Origin: Chryseolinea sp.
Lineage (GTDB): Bacteria; Bacteroidota; Bacteroidia; Cytophagales; Cyclobacteriaceae
DNA length: 64,000 bases
Assembly (NCBI GenBank): GCA_965227495.1
Contig: OZ245766.1
Coordinates: 5,580,536-5,644,535 of the forward strand
Direction of reading: 5' to 3'
The notes beneath the pieces were generated by a model. That model did not search any database. It was not told the DNA's origin and worked only from the letters and a program-made list of their open reading frames with translations. A program made the translations under genes and the position numbers. Shown here piece by piece: positions 53,844 to 63,052 of the stretch. Within the stretch, counting starts at the first letter, position 1; every line of letters starts with the position of its first letter.

Positions 53844-55895
53844 ATGAAGCGATTTCTACTCTCCTCCCTCTTATTGGTTTGCTTTTCTCTTAATTCTAAC
53901 GCTCAGGTCGTTCAATGGGCTTCCAAAGTATTAGGCTTCTCTTCAGAGCTTACCCCTGTTCAGTACTCCGCGCAGCAAGCCTTGGGCAAACCCAATGTAA
54001 TGCCCGCTGGAGGACAAAACCCGAATGCGTGGGCTCCTGATAAACCAAAGCGAAAAGAGTGGTTGAAACTCGGTTTTGCTAATCCAATTACCATCCGCCA
54101 AATAGCTATTGCTGAATCTCATAATCCCAGTGCGATCTATCGCGTATTAGTTTATGATGAGGCCGGAACCGAATATGTAGCGCATACTCTAAGCCCAATG
54201 GCAAAACCTTTAAAGGGAAGGATGCTCGTACTTTTATCCGAAATGACTCCCTACAAGGTTGCAGCCGTTAAAATAGAATTTGATGGCGGTGCTGTACCTG
54301 ATTATTTTGGAATTGATGCCGTAGCAATTTCAGATTCCAATTATCCCATCATCGCAGACATTCCAAAACTTCAATTGCTTGCTTCCGGAATTTTAATTGA
54401 AGCACTCGATAAAAATGTAAACAGTGATTACAGTGAGTTGAATCCTTTGCTATCACCGGATGGAAAGGTTTTGTATTTCAGTAGAAAAAATCACCCGGAT
54501 AATATCGGTGGTGTTAACGACAAAGAAGATATCTGGTATTCTGAACTGGATTCATCCGGTCATTGGAAACTGGCGCAAAACATGGGATCAAAATTCAATA
54601 ATTCAGGACCCAATTTTGTGAATACAATATCCGCAGTAACACCTGATGGAAAATCGGCCATCATGGTGTTAGGGAACAAGTATGATTACAAGGGAAAAAC
54701 AGGAGATATTGTAAAAATGACAGCGGGCGTTTCCATTAGCTCGAACGTAGGTGGAGAGTGGTCTAGACCTGTAGCGCTCAACATTGCCAACGATTACAAC
54801 TTCAATGAGAAAGCGAATTATTTCTTAACCAATAATCGTAAAACATTAATCCTTTCTGTTGAACGTGAAGACTCTGAAGGAGATCGTGATCTCTATGTCA
54901 GTTTTATGAAAGACGACAGCACATGGACTGAACCCGTTAACCTTGGAAATGTAGTGAACTCAGCAGGCGAGGAGTCCGCACCTTTCCTGGCATCTGATGA
55001 TAAGACTTTATACTATTCATCAAAAGGCTTTAGTGGTTATGGTGGAAGTGATATCTATGTCTCAAGAAGATTAGATGATACCTGGACAAGTTGGTCAGAC
55101 CCAGAAAACCTTGGTCCCGAAATCAATTCACCATTAGAAGATTTATTTTTCAACATTCCCGCATCAAGTGAATATGCTTATTACTCGAAAGGTATAAGTG
55201 AAACCAACACTGACATCTTCCGTGTGAAATTGCCCATCGTTCGCAATCCTGAACCTTGGGTTACTGTACGCGGAAAAATTATTGACAAGACTACAGGCAA
55301 ACCAATAGGTGCTAAAATTATTTACGAGCGCTTGCCGGATGGAAAGGAAATGGGCATCTCTCAATCTAATCCTGAAACAGGTGAATACGAAATACGCTTA
55401 CCTGGAGGTTATATGTATGGCATTCGCGCAGAGGCCAATGGTAAAATGTCTGAAAGTCAGAATTTGGATTTGAGAAATGTAAAAGCAGATCAGGTTATAG
55501 ATCATGAAGATTTCCAACTTCAGCCAATCGAAGTTGCTACAGTTCAGGAGAACGTTACGATCGTACTCAACAATGTATTCTTTGATTTTGATAAAGCAGT
55601 ATTAAAGCCTGAATCATTCCCTGAATTAGATCGCGTAGTAAAACTCATGAACGAGAAAGCTGCGATGCAAATTGAAATTGCAGGACATACTGATGCTACC
55701 GGTCCGGAAGATTATAACTTAGGTCTCTCAGAACGCAGAGCAAAATCCGTAATGAAATATTTCTCCGGTAAAGGCATTGCCGCTGATCGCATGAGCGTTG
55801 TATACTATGGAGAAACAAAACCAGTAGAAGCAAACGAAAATAAAGAAGGCAGGAGAAAGAATCGCAGGGTTGAATTCAAAATTTTGAAAATGTAA
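53844..55895 (+). CDS. OmpA-family envelope protein with PD40/TolB-like repeats and a CarboxypepD_reg-like domain
   Basis: 683 aa with a signal peptide. PD40-like repeats (LSPDGKVLYFSR, VTPDGKSAIMV, LASDDKTLYYSS ... GGSDIYVS). OmpA_C motifs FDFDKAVL, GHTDATGPEDYNLGLSERRA and NRRVEF. Confidence 0.85.
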   Translation: MKRFLLSSLLLVCFSLNSNAQVVQWASKVLGFSSELTPVQYSAQQALGKPNVMPAGGQNPNAWAPDKPKRKEWLKLGFANPITIRQIAIAESHNPSAIYRVLVYDEAGTEYVAHTLSPMAKPLKGRMLVLLSEMTPYKVAAVKIEFDGGAVPDYFGIDAVAISDSNYPIIADIPKLQLLASGILIEALDKNVNSDYSELNPLLSPDGKVLYFSRKNHPDNIGGVNDKEDIWYSELDSSGHWKLAQNMGSKFNNSGPNFVNTISAVTPDGKSAIMVLGNKYDYKGKTGDIVKMTAGVSISSNVGGEWSRPVALNIANDYNFNEKANYFLTNNRKTLILSVEREDSEGDRDLYVSFMKDDSTWTEPVNLGNVVNSAGEESAPFLASDDKTLYYSSKGFSGYGGSDIYVSRRLDDTWTSWSDPENLGPEINSPLEDLFFNIPASSEYAYYSKGISETNTDIFRVKLPIVRNPEPWVTVRGKIIDKTTGKPIGAKIIYERLPDGKEMGISQSNPETGEYEIRLPGGYMYGIRAEANGKMSESQNLDLRNVKADQVIDHEDFQLQPIEVATVQENVTIVLNNVFFDFDKAVLKPESFPELDRVVKLMNEKAAMQIEIAGHTDATGPEDYNLGLSERRAKSVMKYFSGKGIAADRMSVVYYGETKPVEANENKEGRRKNRRVEFKILKM

Positions 55896-55906
55896 TACAA
55901 ACCCCT

Positions 55907-56617
55907 ATGACCAAAACATTTTTTAAACTACTCTTCATTTTTTGTTTTATTGTTTCGTTCGCTGTTGCACAGCCGGCAGACAGTTTGATTTACGCAGAAG
56001 GCAAGGTATTAAACGCAGCCACAAAAGAATTAGTGAGTGCGCGAATTACCTATGAGAGTTTGCCCTATGGCAATCGTATTGGCTCAATGAACAACAGCAC
56101 GTATTCATTCCCCCTGTTTGACAATGAAAAGTATTCCATCATTGTTGAAGCACCAGGCTTTAGCACTGCGAAATACATGATTGATCCGGCTGAGGCAAAT
56201 GCCAGCAAACGTGTTGTAAAAGATATTGAACTTACTGCCGCTACTTTGGGCACCGGTAAGAAACACGAAGTAGGTAATGTAATGCGCCTTGATAATTTGA
56301 TTTTTGAAGTCAACAAATCGAGGATCAATTCAGAGTCGTACCCTGAATTAGATATTGTGGTAAATATGATGAAGGAATATCCGGGTATGGTTATTCAGCT
56401 CGAAGGTCATACTGATTATGGTGGCGATCCAAAAGCAAACATGAAACTTTCTCAAAATCGTGTTGATGCTGTGCGTGATTATTTGATTTCAAAGGGTGTG
56501 CACAAACAACGGGTTAAAACAAAAGCCTTCGGAGGTTCCGCTCCATTGTCGCGCGATAATACACCTGAAGCGCATAGATTAAATCGTAGAGTGGTGTTGA
56601 GGGTGTTGGAGAATTAA
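55907..56617 (+). CDS. OmpA-family protein (CarboxypepD_reg-like N-domain plus OmpA_C)
   Basis: 236 aa with a signal peptide. OmpA_C motifs GHTDYGGDPKANMKLSQNRV and NRRVVL. Confidence 0.85.
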   Translation: MTKTFFKLLFIFCFIVSFAVAQPADSLIYAEGKVLNAATKELVSARITYESLPYGNRIGSMNNSTYSFPLFDNEKYSIIVEAPGFSTAKYMIDPAEANASKRVVKDIELTAATLGTGKKHEVGNVMRLDNLIFEVNKSRINSESYPELDIVVNMMKEYPGMVIQLEGHTDYGGDPKANMKLSQNRVDAVRDYLISKGVHKQRVKTKAFGGSAPLSRDNTPEAHRLNRRVVLRVLEN

Positions 56618-56715
56618 GTTGATTTTTTTATCACGTTCCATCCATAGATTTTATATCGCAATGGTTGATTGATTTTCAAAATGAAGCGCGTTAGATGAAC
56701 TGAAAATTAAATGCA

Positions 56716-57420
56716 ATGAATACATTAATCAGACAACTTCTATTGTCACTCGTTATACTGTTAGCTGTAACTTGTAAAGAGGACGAAACAACTGATGAAG
56801 CATTTGTTTTATTCAGTGGCACTGTTCAAAATATTCAAACAGGCGAAAATATTGAAAACGCGAAAGTGAAGTTGTCCATCAGCAAACTATTCCCTAATTC
56901 GATTTATTTTCCCGGTCCCATTTTGGACAGCGCCATAACGAATTCATCAGGAGAGTTTAATATTAAAATCAAAAAAACAGATCTCGGTGATTTTGATTCA
57001 TATGATTTATTGGTTTCAAAGACAGGCTATTTACAGACCTGGTGCTCAAATTACCCTTGCTTTAAAACCTTGCCGAAAACCATAAACACAATTGAGTCAA
57101 ATGCTGATAATCTAAAGATGGGTACGTCTGCTGAATTTGAATTAAAAATAAAAAAAGCGAATGTTCTAAATAAAGATTCAATAAGCGTTAGTCTGATTAC
57201 CCAAATGTCACCGTCAATAAGTTTAATTGAACCACTACTCTCACGCTATTATAGTGTGAGCCCCATGGATACTGTTCTTCAGGAAAAATTCGTTTACTAC
57301 CATGTAAACAAATTAAGAATCAGATACACCATTTTTAACACAACGGAAAAATCAGAACAAAACGAGATAAGTGTGGATCTTATTGAGAAGGGTGTTAGCA
57401 AAGTTGAAATTGAATATTAA
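56716..57420 (+). CDS. Hypothetical lipoprotein
   Basis: 234 aa. Lipobox LLAVTC. N-terminal carboxypeptidase-regulatory-like strand pattern (FSGTVQNIQTGENIENAKVKL). Confidence 0.5.
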   Translation: MNTLIRQLLLSLVILLAVTCKEDETTDEAFVLFSGTVQNIQTGENIENAKVKLSISKLFPNSIYFPGPILDSAITNSSGEFNIKIKKTDLGDFDSYDLLVSKTGYLQTWCSNYPCFKTLPKTINTIESNADNLKMGTSAEFELKIKKANVLNKDSISVSLITQMSPSISLIEPLLSRYYSVSPMDTVLQEKFVYYHVNKLRIRYTIFNTTEKSEQNEISVDLIEKGVSKVEIEY

Positions 57421-57453
57421 AATGTAATCGCTTGTTGCCTTTCTGAAATTCTT

Positions 57454-57984
57454 TCAAAATCTCATCTTTCTAAAAATCTCCCACACCACAATACCCAAAC
57501 AGACAGAAACATTTAACGAATGCTTCGTTCCGAGTTGAGGAATTTCAATTGCTAAATCGGCTTCTGCTAACGCTTCTTCGCTTACGCCATCCACTTCATT
57601 TCCAAAAACCAAACAATACTTTTCGTTTTCCTTTGGTACAAATTCATGAAGGGGTTTGCTCTTTGTTGTTTGTTCTATGATGACGATGGCGTATCCTTTT
57701 GCTTTTAATTCGAGCAGTACATCTTTCGTGTGTTCAACATATTGCCACTCCACTGATTCCGTTGCTCCCAAAGCAGTCTTTTGAATTTCACGATGCGGTG
57801 GCTGGCCAGTAATTCCAGTAAGAAAAATTTTCTCAATGCGAAATGCATCTGCCGTTCGAAAAGCTGAACCTACATTATGTAAGCTGCGCACATTGTCGAG
57901 TACAATGCAAACCGGAATTTTACCAGCTTCTTTAAATTCATCAACGGACATTCGACCGAGTTCTTGCAGCTTTAGTTTTTGCAT
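57454..57984 (-). CDS. SpoU/TrmH-family RNA 2'-O-methyltransferase
   Basis: Motifs LHNVGSAFRTADAF, LVFGNEVDGVSEE and IPQLGTKHSLNVSV. ATG 57984 (MQKLKLQELG) preferred over the track's TTG at 57990. Confidence 0.85.
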   Translation of the reverse strand: MQKLKLQELGRMSVDEFKEAGKIPVCIVLDNVRSLHNVGSAFRTADAFRIEKIFLTGITGQPPHREIQKTALGATESVEWQYVEHTKDVLLELKAKGYAIVIIEQTTKSKPLHEFVPKENEKYCLVFGNEVDGVSEEALAEADLAIEIPQLGTKHSLNVSVCLGIVVWEIFRKMRF

Positions 57985-57987
57985 GGG

Positions 57988-57995
57988 CAAAAATA
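57988..57995 (-). promoter_or_regulatory. Exact -7 box TAttTTTG, 3 nt before ATG 57984
   Basis: The plus strand reads caaaaata at 57988-57995. The spacing implies a leaderless or near-leaderless transcript if functional. Confidence 0.35.
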
Positions 57996-58043
57996 ACCAT
58001 TCATTGCTGCCAACGTAATGTAAATGCGTTTTGATTTTTCAAT

Positions 58044-58643
58044 CTATTCTGCCTGATTAAGTTCCGCTAACAAAGTCTCCAGTTGAATCAAATACTTCCC
58101 ATAACTCAAATTCTCCATCCAAATCGCAATGTAATATCCCAGAGGCGTCACAATGGCAAGGGTAATGATCAACGCGATAATATTTTTCGACTTCTGCATC
58201 ATCTCAACAACATCTGTGCTGATCGACAGACCGAGCAGAAAACCCGTTGTGCCAGCCAGGGGGTAAATGAAAATCCATGCTCTGCGCTGAAAAGCCAAGG
58301 AGGTCTTCGTACTTTCATAAATCACTTGGAGCGAGTCTTTAAAATTTGAATCCAACACAAAGTGACTTTCAATTTTTCGGAGTGTCTTATAGTTTACAGC
58401 AAAACCCAATGCGTAAATAACAATCATAAGCGCCAGAAAAATTTTCACTACGGGTTGCGGAATGATGATGAAGAGATATATAAAGATCACCTCAAACAGA
58501 ACGATAAATCCCAAAGCATACCGAAAAGACGCGATGAGTTTTTGTACCGGGTGTTTCGATTCTGTTCGTATTTCTACCTCACCCTTCACGGGTTTGGAAA
58601 GTTTTTCACGATCTAAATTTTTCCACGCTTCTTGTAAATCCAT
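58044..58643 (-). CDS. Hypothetical 4-TM membrane protein co-transcribed with the ECF sigma factor (possible non-canonical anti-sigma)
   Basis: 199 aa. Soluble N-terminal ~35 aa, then four hydrophobic helices. Its start is 2 nt after the sigma gene stop. No HxxxCxxC zinc anti-sigma motif. Confidence 0.5.
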   Translation of the reverse strand: MDLQEAWKNLDREKLSKPVKGEVEIRTESKHPVQKLIASFRYALGFIVLFEVIFIYLFIIIPQPVVKIFLALMIVIYALGFAVNYKTLRKIESHFVLDSNFKDSLQVIYESTKTSLAFQRRAWIFIYPLAGTTGFLLGLSISTDVVEMMQKSKNIIALIITLAIVTPLGYYIAIWMENLSYGKYLIQLETLLAELNQAE

Positions 58644-58645
58644 TT

Positions 58646-59131
58646 CTAAATTGCGTTGAGTTTCTTTGTTAATGTTTCTTTGATACGATGAAGTTTAACG
58701 GCTGTGTTGTTTTTTGTTATCCCGGTGATATCAGCAATCTCTTCATTTTCATATCCATCAAGATGCAGGGTAACGATCATGCGATCAATTTCATTTAGCA
58801 TCCGAATGGCAACGTAAAGCGCTTCGCTCTCTTCATTTCTGTTTCCGTGCGCGGAAACGGCATTAAACCGACTCATGTCTTCGTGCGGCTCTACTAATTT
58901 TATTCTTCTCTTAAAAGTCAGAACCGTGTTGAGCGCAACACGATATAGCCATGTAGAAAATTTAGACTGGCCCAGAAACCGCGGGTACGATCTCCACGCC
59001 TGAAATAAAATCTCCTGAAAGAGATCTTTCTCATCGTCTTCATGATGAACATACAGGCGGATTACCTTATAGATAATCCCTCTGTTCTGATCTATCTGGT
59101 TCGTAAATTCCTTCTCCAGGTGTTGTGCCAT
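58646..59131 (-). CDS. ECF-type sigma-70 family RNA polymerase sigma factor
   Basis: 161 aa. Region 2 (FQEILFQAWRSYPRF...FSTWLYRVALNTVL) and region 4 HTH (YENEEIADITGITKNNTAVKLHRIKETL). Confidence 0.88.
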   Translation of the reverse strand: MAQHLEKEFTNQIDQNRGIIYKVIRLYVHHEDDEKDLFQEILFQAWRSYPRFLGQSKFSTWLYRVALNTVLTFKRRIKLVEPHEDMSRFNAVSAHGNRNEESEALYVAIRMLNEIDRMIVTLHLDGYENEEIADITGITKNNTAVKLHRIKETLTKKLNAI

Positions 59132-59226
59132 TCGTTAGGTCAGACTAGTCTTATGGTCACAATTCTTCAATGCAATCATAGCATCAATTTAGTAGGTTAG
59201 GCAGTGTCTGGTTATTCGCGTATGCG

Positions 59227-59331
59227 CTACTGAACAAGTTTAAGAAGGATGGTCGTAGCACCAAAGCCTGCACAGAACATAACTGAAACCACCATTACAT
59301 AAACCAGCATTTTCTTCCATTTTGCATTCAT
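59227..59331 (-). CDS. Possible 34-aa single-TM micro-protein upstream of the ECF sigma gene
   Basis: The internal ATG at 59331 gives MNAKWKKMLVYVMVVSVMFCAGFGATTILLKLVQ, a basic N-terminus plus one TM. No other support. Confidence 0.25.
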   Translation of the reverse strand: MNAKWKKMLVYVMVVSVMFCAGFGATTILLKLVQ

Positions 59332-59449
59332 AACGATATCGATTTTCCAATAAGTAACATAAGATTCGAAACTATTACAGCCACCTAAAATTTTCCGAAA
59401 AAAGACTGACAAAAGACTTTATCCGGTCTCTGCTCACTCCGGACTTTTC

Positions 59450-59457
59450 TATCTTTG
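59450..59457 (+). promoter_or_regulatory. Exact -7 box TAtcTTTG, 6 nt before the mutS ATG 59464
   Basis: tatctttg at 59450-59457. The track's TTG start (59455) lies inside this box. Confidence 0.4.
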
Positions 59458-59463
59458 TTCACC

Positions 59464-62070
59464 ATGGCCGAAACGAAAACATCTGTTGAAACCCCGTTAA
59501 TGAAGCAATACAATGCCATCAAGACCCGCTATCCGGGTGCATTGTTACTTTTTCGTGTAGGTGATTTTTACGAGACTTTCGGACAAGATGCCATTACGGC
59601 AAGCAAGATTTTAGACATTACCTTGACCAAACGCGGGGCCGGTTCTTCATCTGAAATTGAACTGGCTGGGTTTCCCCATCATTCACTTGATACCTATTTA
59701 CCTAAACTTGTTCGTGCCGGTAAACGGGTTGCCATTTGCGATCAGCTTGAAGATCCTCGTTTTGTAAAAGGTATTGTAAAGCGTGGGGTGACTGAACTCG
59801 TTACACCGGGTTTAGCATACAATGATAACGTATTGGAGCGCAAGCAAAATAATTTCCTTGCTTCGGTCTACATCAACAAGAATGTAGTCGGTGTTTCCTT
59901 TCTTGATCTTTCTACCGGTGAGTTTTATGCTGCACAAGGAAGTGAGTATTATGTCTCTAAACTCATTCAGGGTTTCTCTCCCTCGGAAATAATTTATAGC
60001 AAGCAGAGTCGTGCTCATTTTGAAAAACTTTTCAGTGATGAGTACAACATCTTTGCATTAGATGAATGGGTATATGGTTTTGATTTTGCGTATGAAAAGC
60101 TAACCAATCAATTTAAAACCGCTTCACTCAAAGGCTTTGGTATCGAAGGATTGGGTGAAGCCATTATTGCAGCCGGTGGCATTCTACATTATCTAGATGA
60201 CACCGAACACAAAGACACTTCACACATCACTTCAATTTCACGAATTGATGAAGACAAATTTGTGTGGCTCGATAAGTTCACCATTCGCAATCTTGAAATT
60301 GTTAGTTCACAAAATGAAGGCGGTGTTCCATTGTTGGATATTCTAGATCACACCGTAACACCGATGGGCTCCCGCCAATTGCGCAAATGGATGATTCTTC
60401 CACTGAAAGAGAAAGCGGCCATTGATGAACGTCTATTAGTGGTTGATACATTTTTCACTGATTCAACTCTCGCTGAAAAGATTACATCCTCTTTAAAACA
60501 TATTGCTGATCTCGAACGATTGATATCAAAAGTGGCTGTCAACCGAATTAATCCACGGGAGATGTTGAGTTTAAAACGTTCCATGCTTTGTGTTCAGCCG
60601 ATCAAAGCATTGTTGAGTGCTCATGCTTCAGCAGAGTTAAAAAAATTAGGAGATCAATTACATCCATGCGAATTTCTATTAGAAAAAATTGAGCGAGAAC
60701 TTCGTGAAGATGTTTCTATTGCCAGCAACCAGGGAAATATCATTAAGCCTGGTATTGATACTGAGTTGGATGAATTACAAAAAATAGCCTTCTCCGGAAA
60801 AGATTACCTTCTTCAAATTCAAAAACGAGAAGTTGAACGCACGGGTATTAACTCACTTAAGATTTCATACAACAAAGTTTTTGGATATTATCTCGAAGTG
60901 AGCAATGCGAATAAAGATAAAGTTCCAAACGATTGGATTCGCAAGCAGACTTTAGTGAATGCTGAACGATACATTACCGAAGAACTAAAAGTCTATGAAG
61001 AGAAAATTCTTCATGCAGAAGATAAACTCGTGGTGATTGAGCAACGCATATTCAATGCACTCGTTCTTCATGCTGCTGATTTTATTCCGCAGATTCAACA
61101 GAACGCACGAGTTCTTGCTCAACTTGATTGCTTGCTTTCGTTTGCTTTCACAGCACGGGCAAACAAATATGCGAAGCCTGAGATCAATGACTCATTTATA
61201 TTGGATATTAAAGCGGGACGGCATCCGGTAATCGAAAAACAATTACCGGTTGGTGAAACCTATGTGCCCAATGATATTCTATTGGATAGCGATCAACAAC
61301 AAATTCTCATTATCACCGGTCCGAACATGGCTGGTAAATCGGCCTTACTAAGACAAACTGCATTAATTGTTTTGATGGCGCAGATGGGAAGTTTTGTACC
61401 TGCTGATGCAGCGTCTCTTGGTATCATCGATAAAGTCTTCACGCGTGTTGGTGCTTCCGATAACCTTTCACGAGGTGAATCTACCTTTATGGTGGAGATG
61501 ACAGAGACGGCTAGCATCCTCAACAATTTGAGCAACCGGTCTTTGATTTTGATGGATGAGATTGGAAGAGGAACAAGTACCTATGATGGTGTTTCCATTG
61601 CGTGGGCGATTGTAGAGCACTTACACAATCATAAAGATTTCAAACCCAAAACGCTTTTTGCTACACACTATCACGAGTTAAATCAATTAGCGGAAGATTT
61701 AGTGCGGGTTAAAAATGTGAACGTATCTGTAAAAGAAATTGGTAACAAAATCATCTTCATGCGCAAGCTGAAAGAGGGTGGTAGCGAACACAGCTTTGGA
61801 ATACATGTAGCACAACTCGCAGGTATGCCTAACAAGGTGGTGTTACGTGCAAATGAAATTCTTCATTTTCTTGAAAAAGAAAAACACAAAAATGAAGGGA
61901 CAAAAAAAATGCAGGATGTGCCGAAGCCCATTCCGCAATTGAGTTTGTTTGAGTCTGATCCGCGCTTCAATGAAATTCAGGATATGTTGCAGAAGGTAGA
62001 CATCAATACAATCAGTCCAGTGGAAGCTTTACTGAAGTTGAATGAAGTTCTATCCGTATTGAAGAAATAA
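59464..62070 (+). CDS. mutS: DNA mismatch repair protein MutS
   Basis: Motifs TPLMKQY, GDFYETF, GPNMAGKS and DEIGRGTSTYDG. ATG 59464 (MAETKTSVETPLMKQY) matches the usual MutS N-terminal spacing. Confidence 0.95.
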   Translation: MAETKTSVETPLMKQYNAIKTRYPGALLLFRVGDFYETFGQDAITASKILDITLTKRGAGSSSEIELAGFPHHSLDTYLPKLVRAGKRVAICDQLEDPRFVKGIVKRGVTELVTPGLAYNDNVLERKQNNFLASVYINKNVVGVSFLDLSTGEFYAAQGSEYYVSKLIQGFSPSEIIYSKQSRAHFEKLFSDEYNIFALDEWVYGFDFAYEKLTNQFKTASLKGFGIEGLGEAIIAAGGILHYLDDTEHKDTSHITSISRIDEDKFVWLDKFTIRNLEIVSSQNEGGVPLLDILDHTVTPMGSRQLRKWMILPLKEKAAIDERLLVVDTFFTDSTLAEKITSSLKHIADLERLISKVAVNRINPREMLSLKRSMLCVQPIKALLSAHASAELKKLGDQLHPCEFLLEKIERELREDVSIASNQGNIIKPGIDTELDELQKIAFSGKDYLLQIQKREVERTGINSLKISYNKVFGYYLEVSNANKDKVPNDWIRKQTLVNAERYITEELKVYEEKILHAEDKLVVIEQRIFNALVLHAADFIPQIQQNARVLAQLDCLLSFAFTARANKYAKPEINDSFILDIKAGRHPVIEKQLPVGETYVPNDILLDSDQQQILIITGPNMAGKSALLRQTALIVLMAQMGSFVPADAASLGIIDKVFTRVGASDNLSRGESTFMVEMTETASILNNLSNRSLILMDEIGRGTSTYDGVSIAWAIVEHLHNHKDFKPKTLFATHYHELNQLAEDLVRVKNVNVSVKEIGNKIIFMRKLKEGGSEHSFGIHVAQLAGMPNKVVLRANEILHFLEKEKHKNEGTKKMQDVPKPIPQLSLFESDPRFNEIQDMLQKVDINTISPVEALLKLNEVLSVLKK

Positions 62071-62083
62071 TTGCTTATAAATA

Positions 62084-62136
62084 TATTCGTGCATTCGTAG
62101 CTATTGATTTCGTTTGTTGCCCCGAATGCACGAATA
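62084..62136 (+). other. Inverted repeat after mutS: perfect 14-bp stem with a 25-nt loop
   Basis: tattcgtgcattcg (62084-62097) pairs with cgaatgcacgaata (62123-62136). It begins 14 nt after the mutS stop. No U-tract follows, so it is not a canonical terminator. Confidence 0.6.
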
Positions 62137-62182
62137 AATTGCAAAACAGAATAGCTTAAAACTGAAATTCACTTTACTCATT

Positions 62183-63016
62183 ATGTACTATTCCCGTCTA
62201 AAAGTAATCTGCGATGCTGAATTTTCAGAAATCCTCATGGCCGAAATTGGTGAGGTAGGTTTTGATACCTTCATGGAAACGGATGATGGTTTTGAAGCCT
62301 ATGTAGAAAAAGAAAATTACAATAAGGAACTTCTTCAATCCATTAAAGAAAAATACACACAGCATACACCTTTGGTTTTTTATCAGGATCGCATTGAAAA
62401 ACAAAATTGGAACGAAGAATGGGAAAAAAATTATGAACCCATCATTGTAGACGATCGCTGCCTGATCCGCGCTGATTTTCACAAGATTGAAAAAAAATAT
62501 CCTTACGAAATCATCATCACACCGAAGATGTCGTTTGGCACAGGTCATCACCAAACAACCTATTTGATGATTAAGAACCAATTGGACATCGATCACAAAA
62601 ACAAGCGCGTGATGGATGCTGGTTGTGGCACCTCTATTCTTTCCGTGATGGCTGCTAAACTTGGTGCACTCGAAGTAGAAGCGTTTGATATTGATGAGTG
62701 GAGTGTATCAAATGGAAAAGAAAATATTGAAGTGAATGGAAGCAGCAACATTGTTCATCAACAACTTGGCAAACTCAGCGACTTTACATTTGAAGGTAAG
62801 TTTGATATCATTCTCGCCAACATCAACAAGAATGTATTGCTTGATGAAATGGAGCTCTACAAAAATCTTCTTCAGCCAAACGGATTGTTATTGCTGAGTG
62901 GTTTTTATACAAGTGACATTGCTGATTTATTAAGAGAAGCCAATCCATTAGGATTACAAGAAGTTAGACGCGATGAAAAAGAAACATGGGCCGCGTTGTT
63001 GTTGCAATTGAAATAG
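62183..63016 (+). CDS. prmA: Ribosomal protein L11 methyltransferase
   Basis: 277 aa. Motifs FGTGHHQTT and DAGCGTSILS (SAM-binding). Confidence 0.88.
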   Translation: MYYSRLKVICDAEFSEILMAEIGEVGFDTFMETDDGFEAYVEKENYNKELLQSIKEKYTQHTPLVFYQDRIEKQNWNEEWEKNYEPIIVDDRCLIRADFHKIEKKYPYEIIITPKMSFGTGHHQTTYLMIKNQLDIDHKNKRVMDAGCGTSILSVMAAKLGALEVEAFDIDEWSVSNGKENIEVNGSSNIVHQQLGKLSDFTFEGKFDIILANINKNVLLDEMELYKNLLQPNGLLLLSGFYTSDIADLLREANPLGLQEVRRDEKETWAALLLQLK

Positions 63017-63052
63017 TGTTTGTTTGTCAATAAGGAATGGGATTAACATCAA

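Noticed and set aside
59332-59412. The long (61-aa) form of the small minus-strand ORF
   Set aside because: The first 27 codons (MSVFFRKILGGCNSFESYVTYWKIDIV) have no feature and run into the mutS promoter region. Only the 34-aa TM-containing short form was kept, at low confidence.
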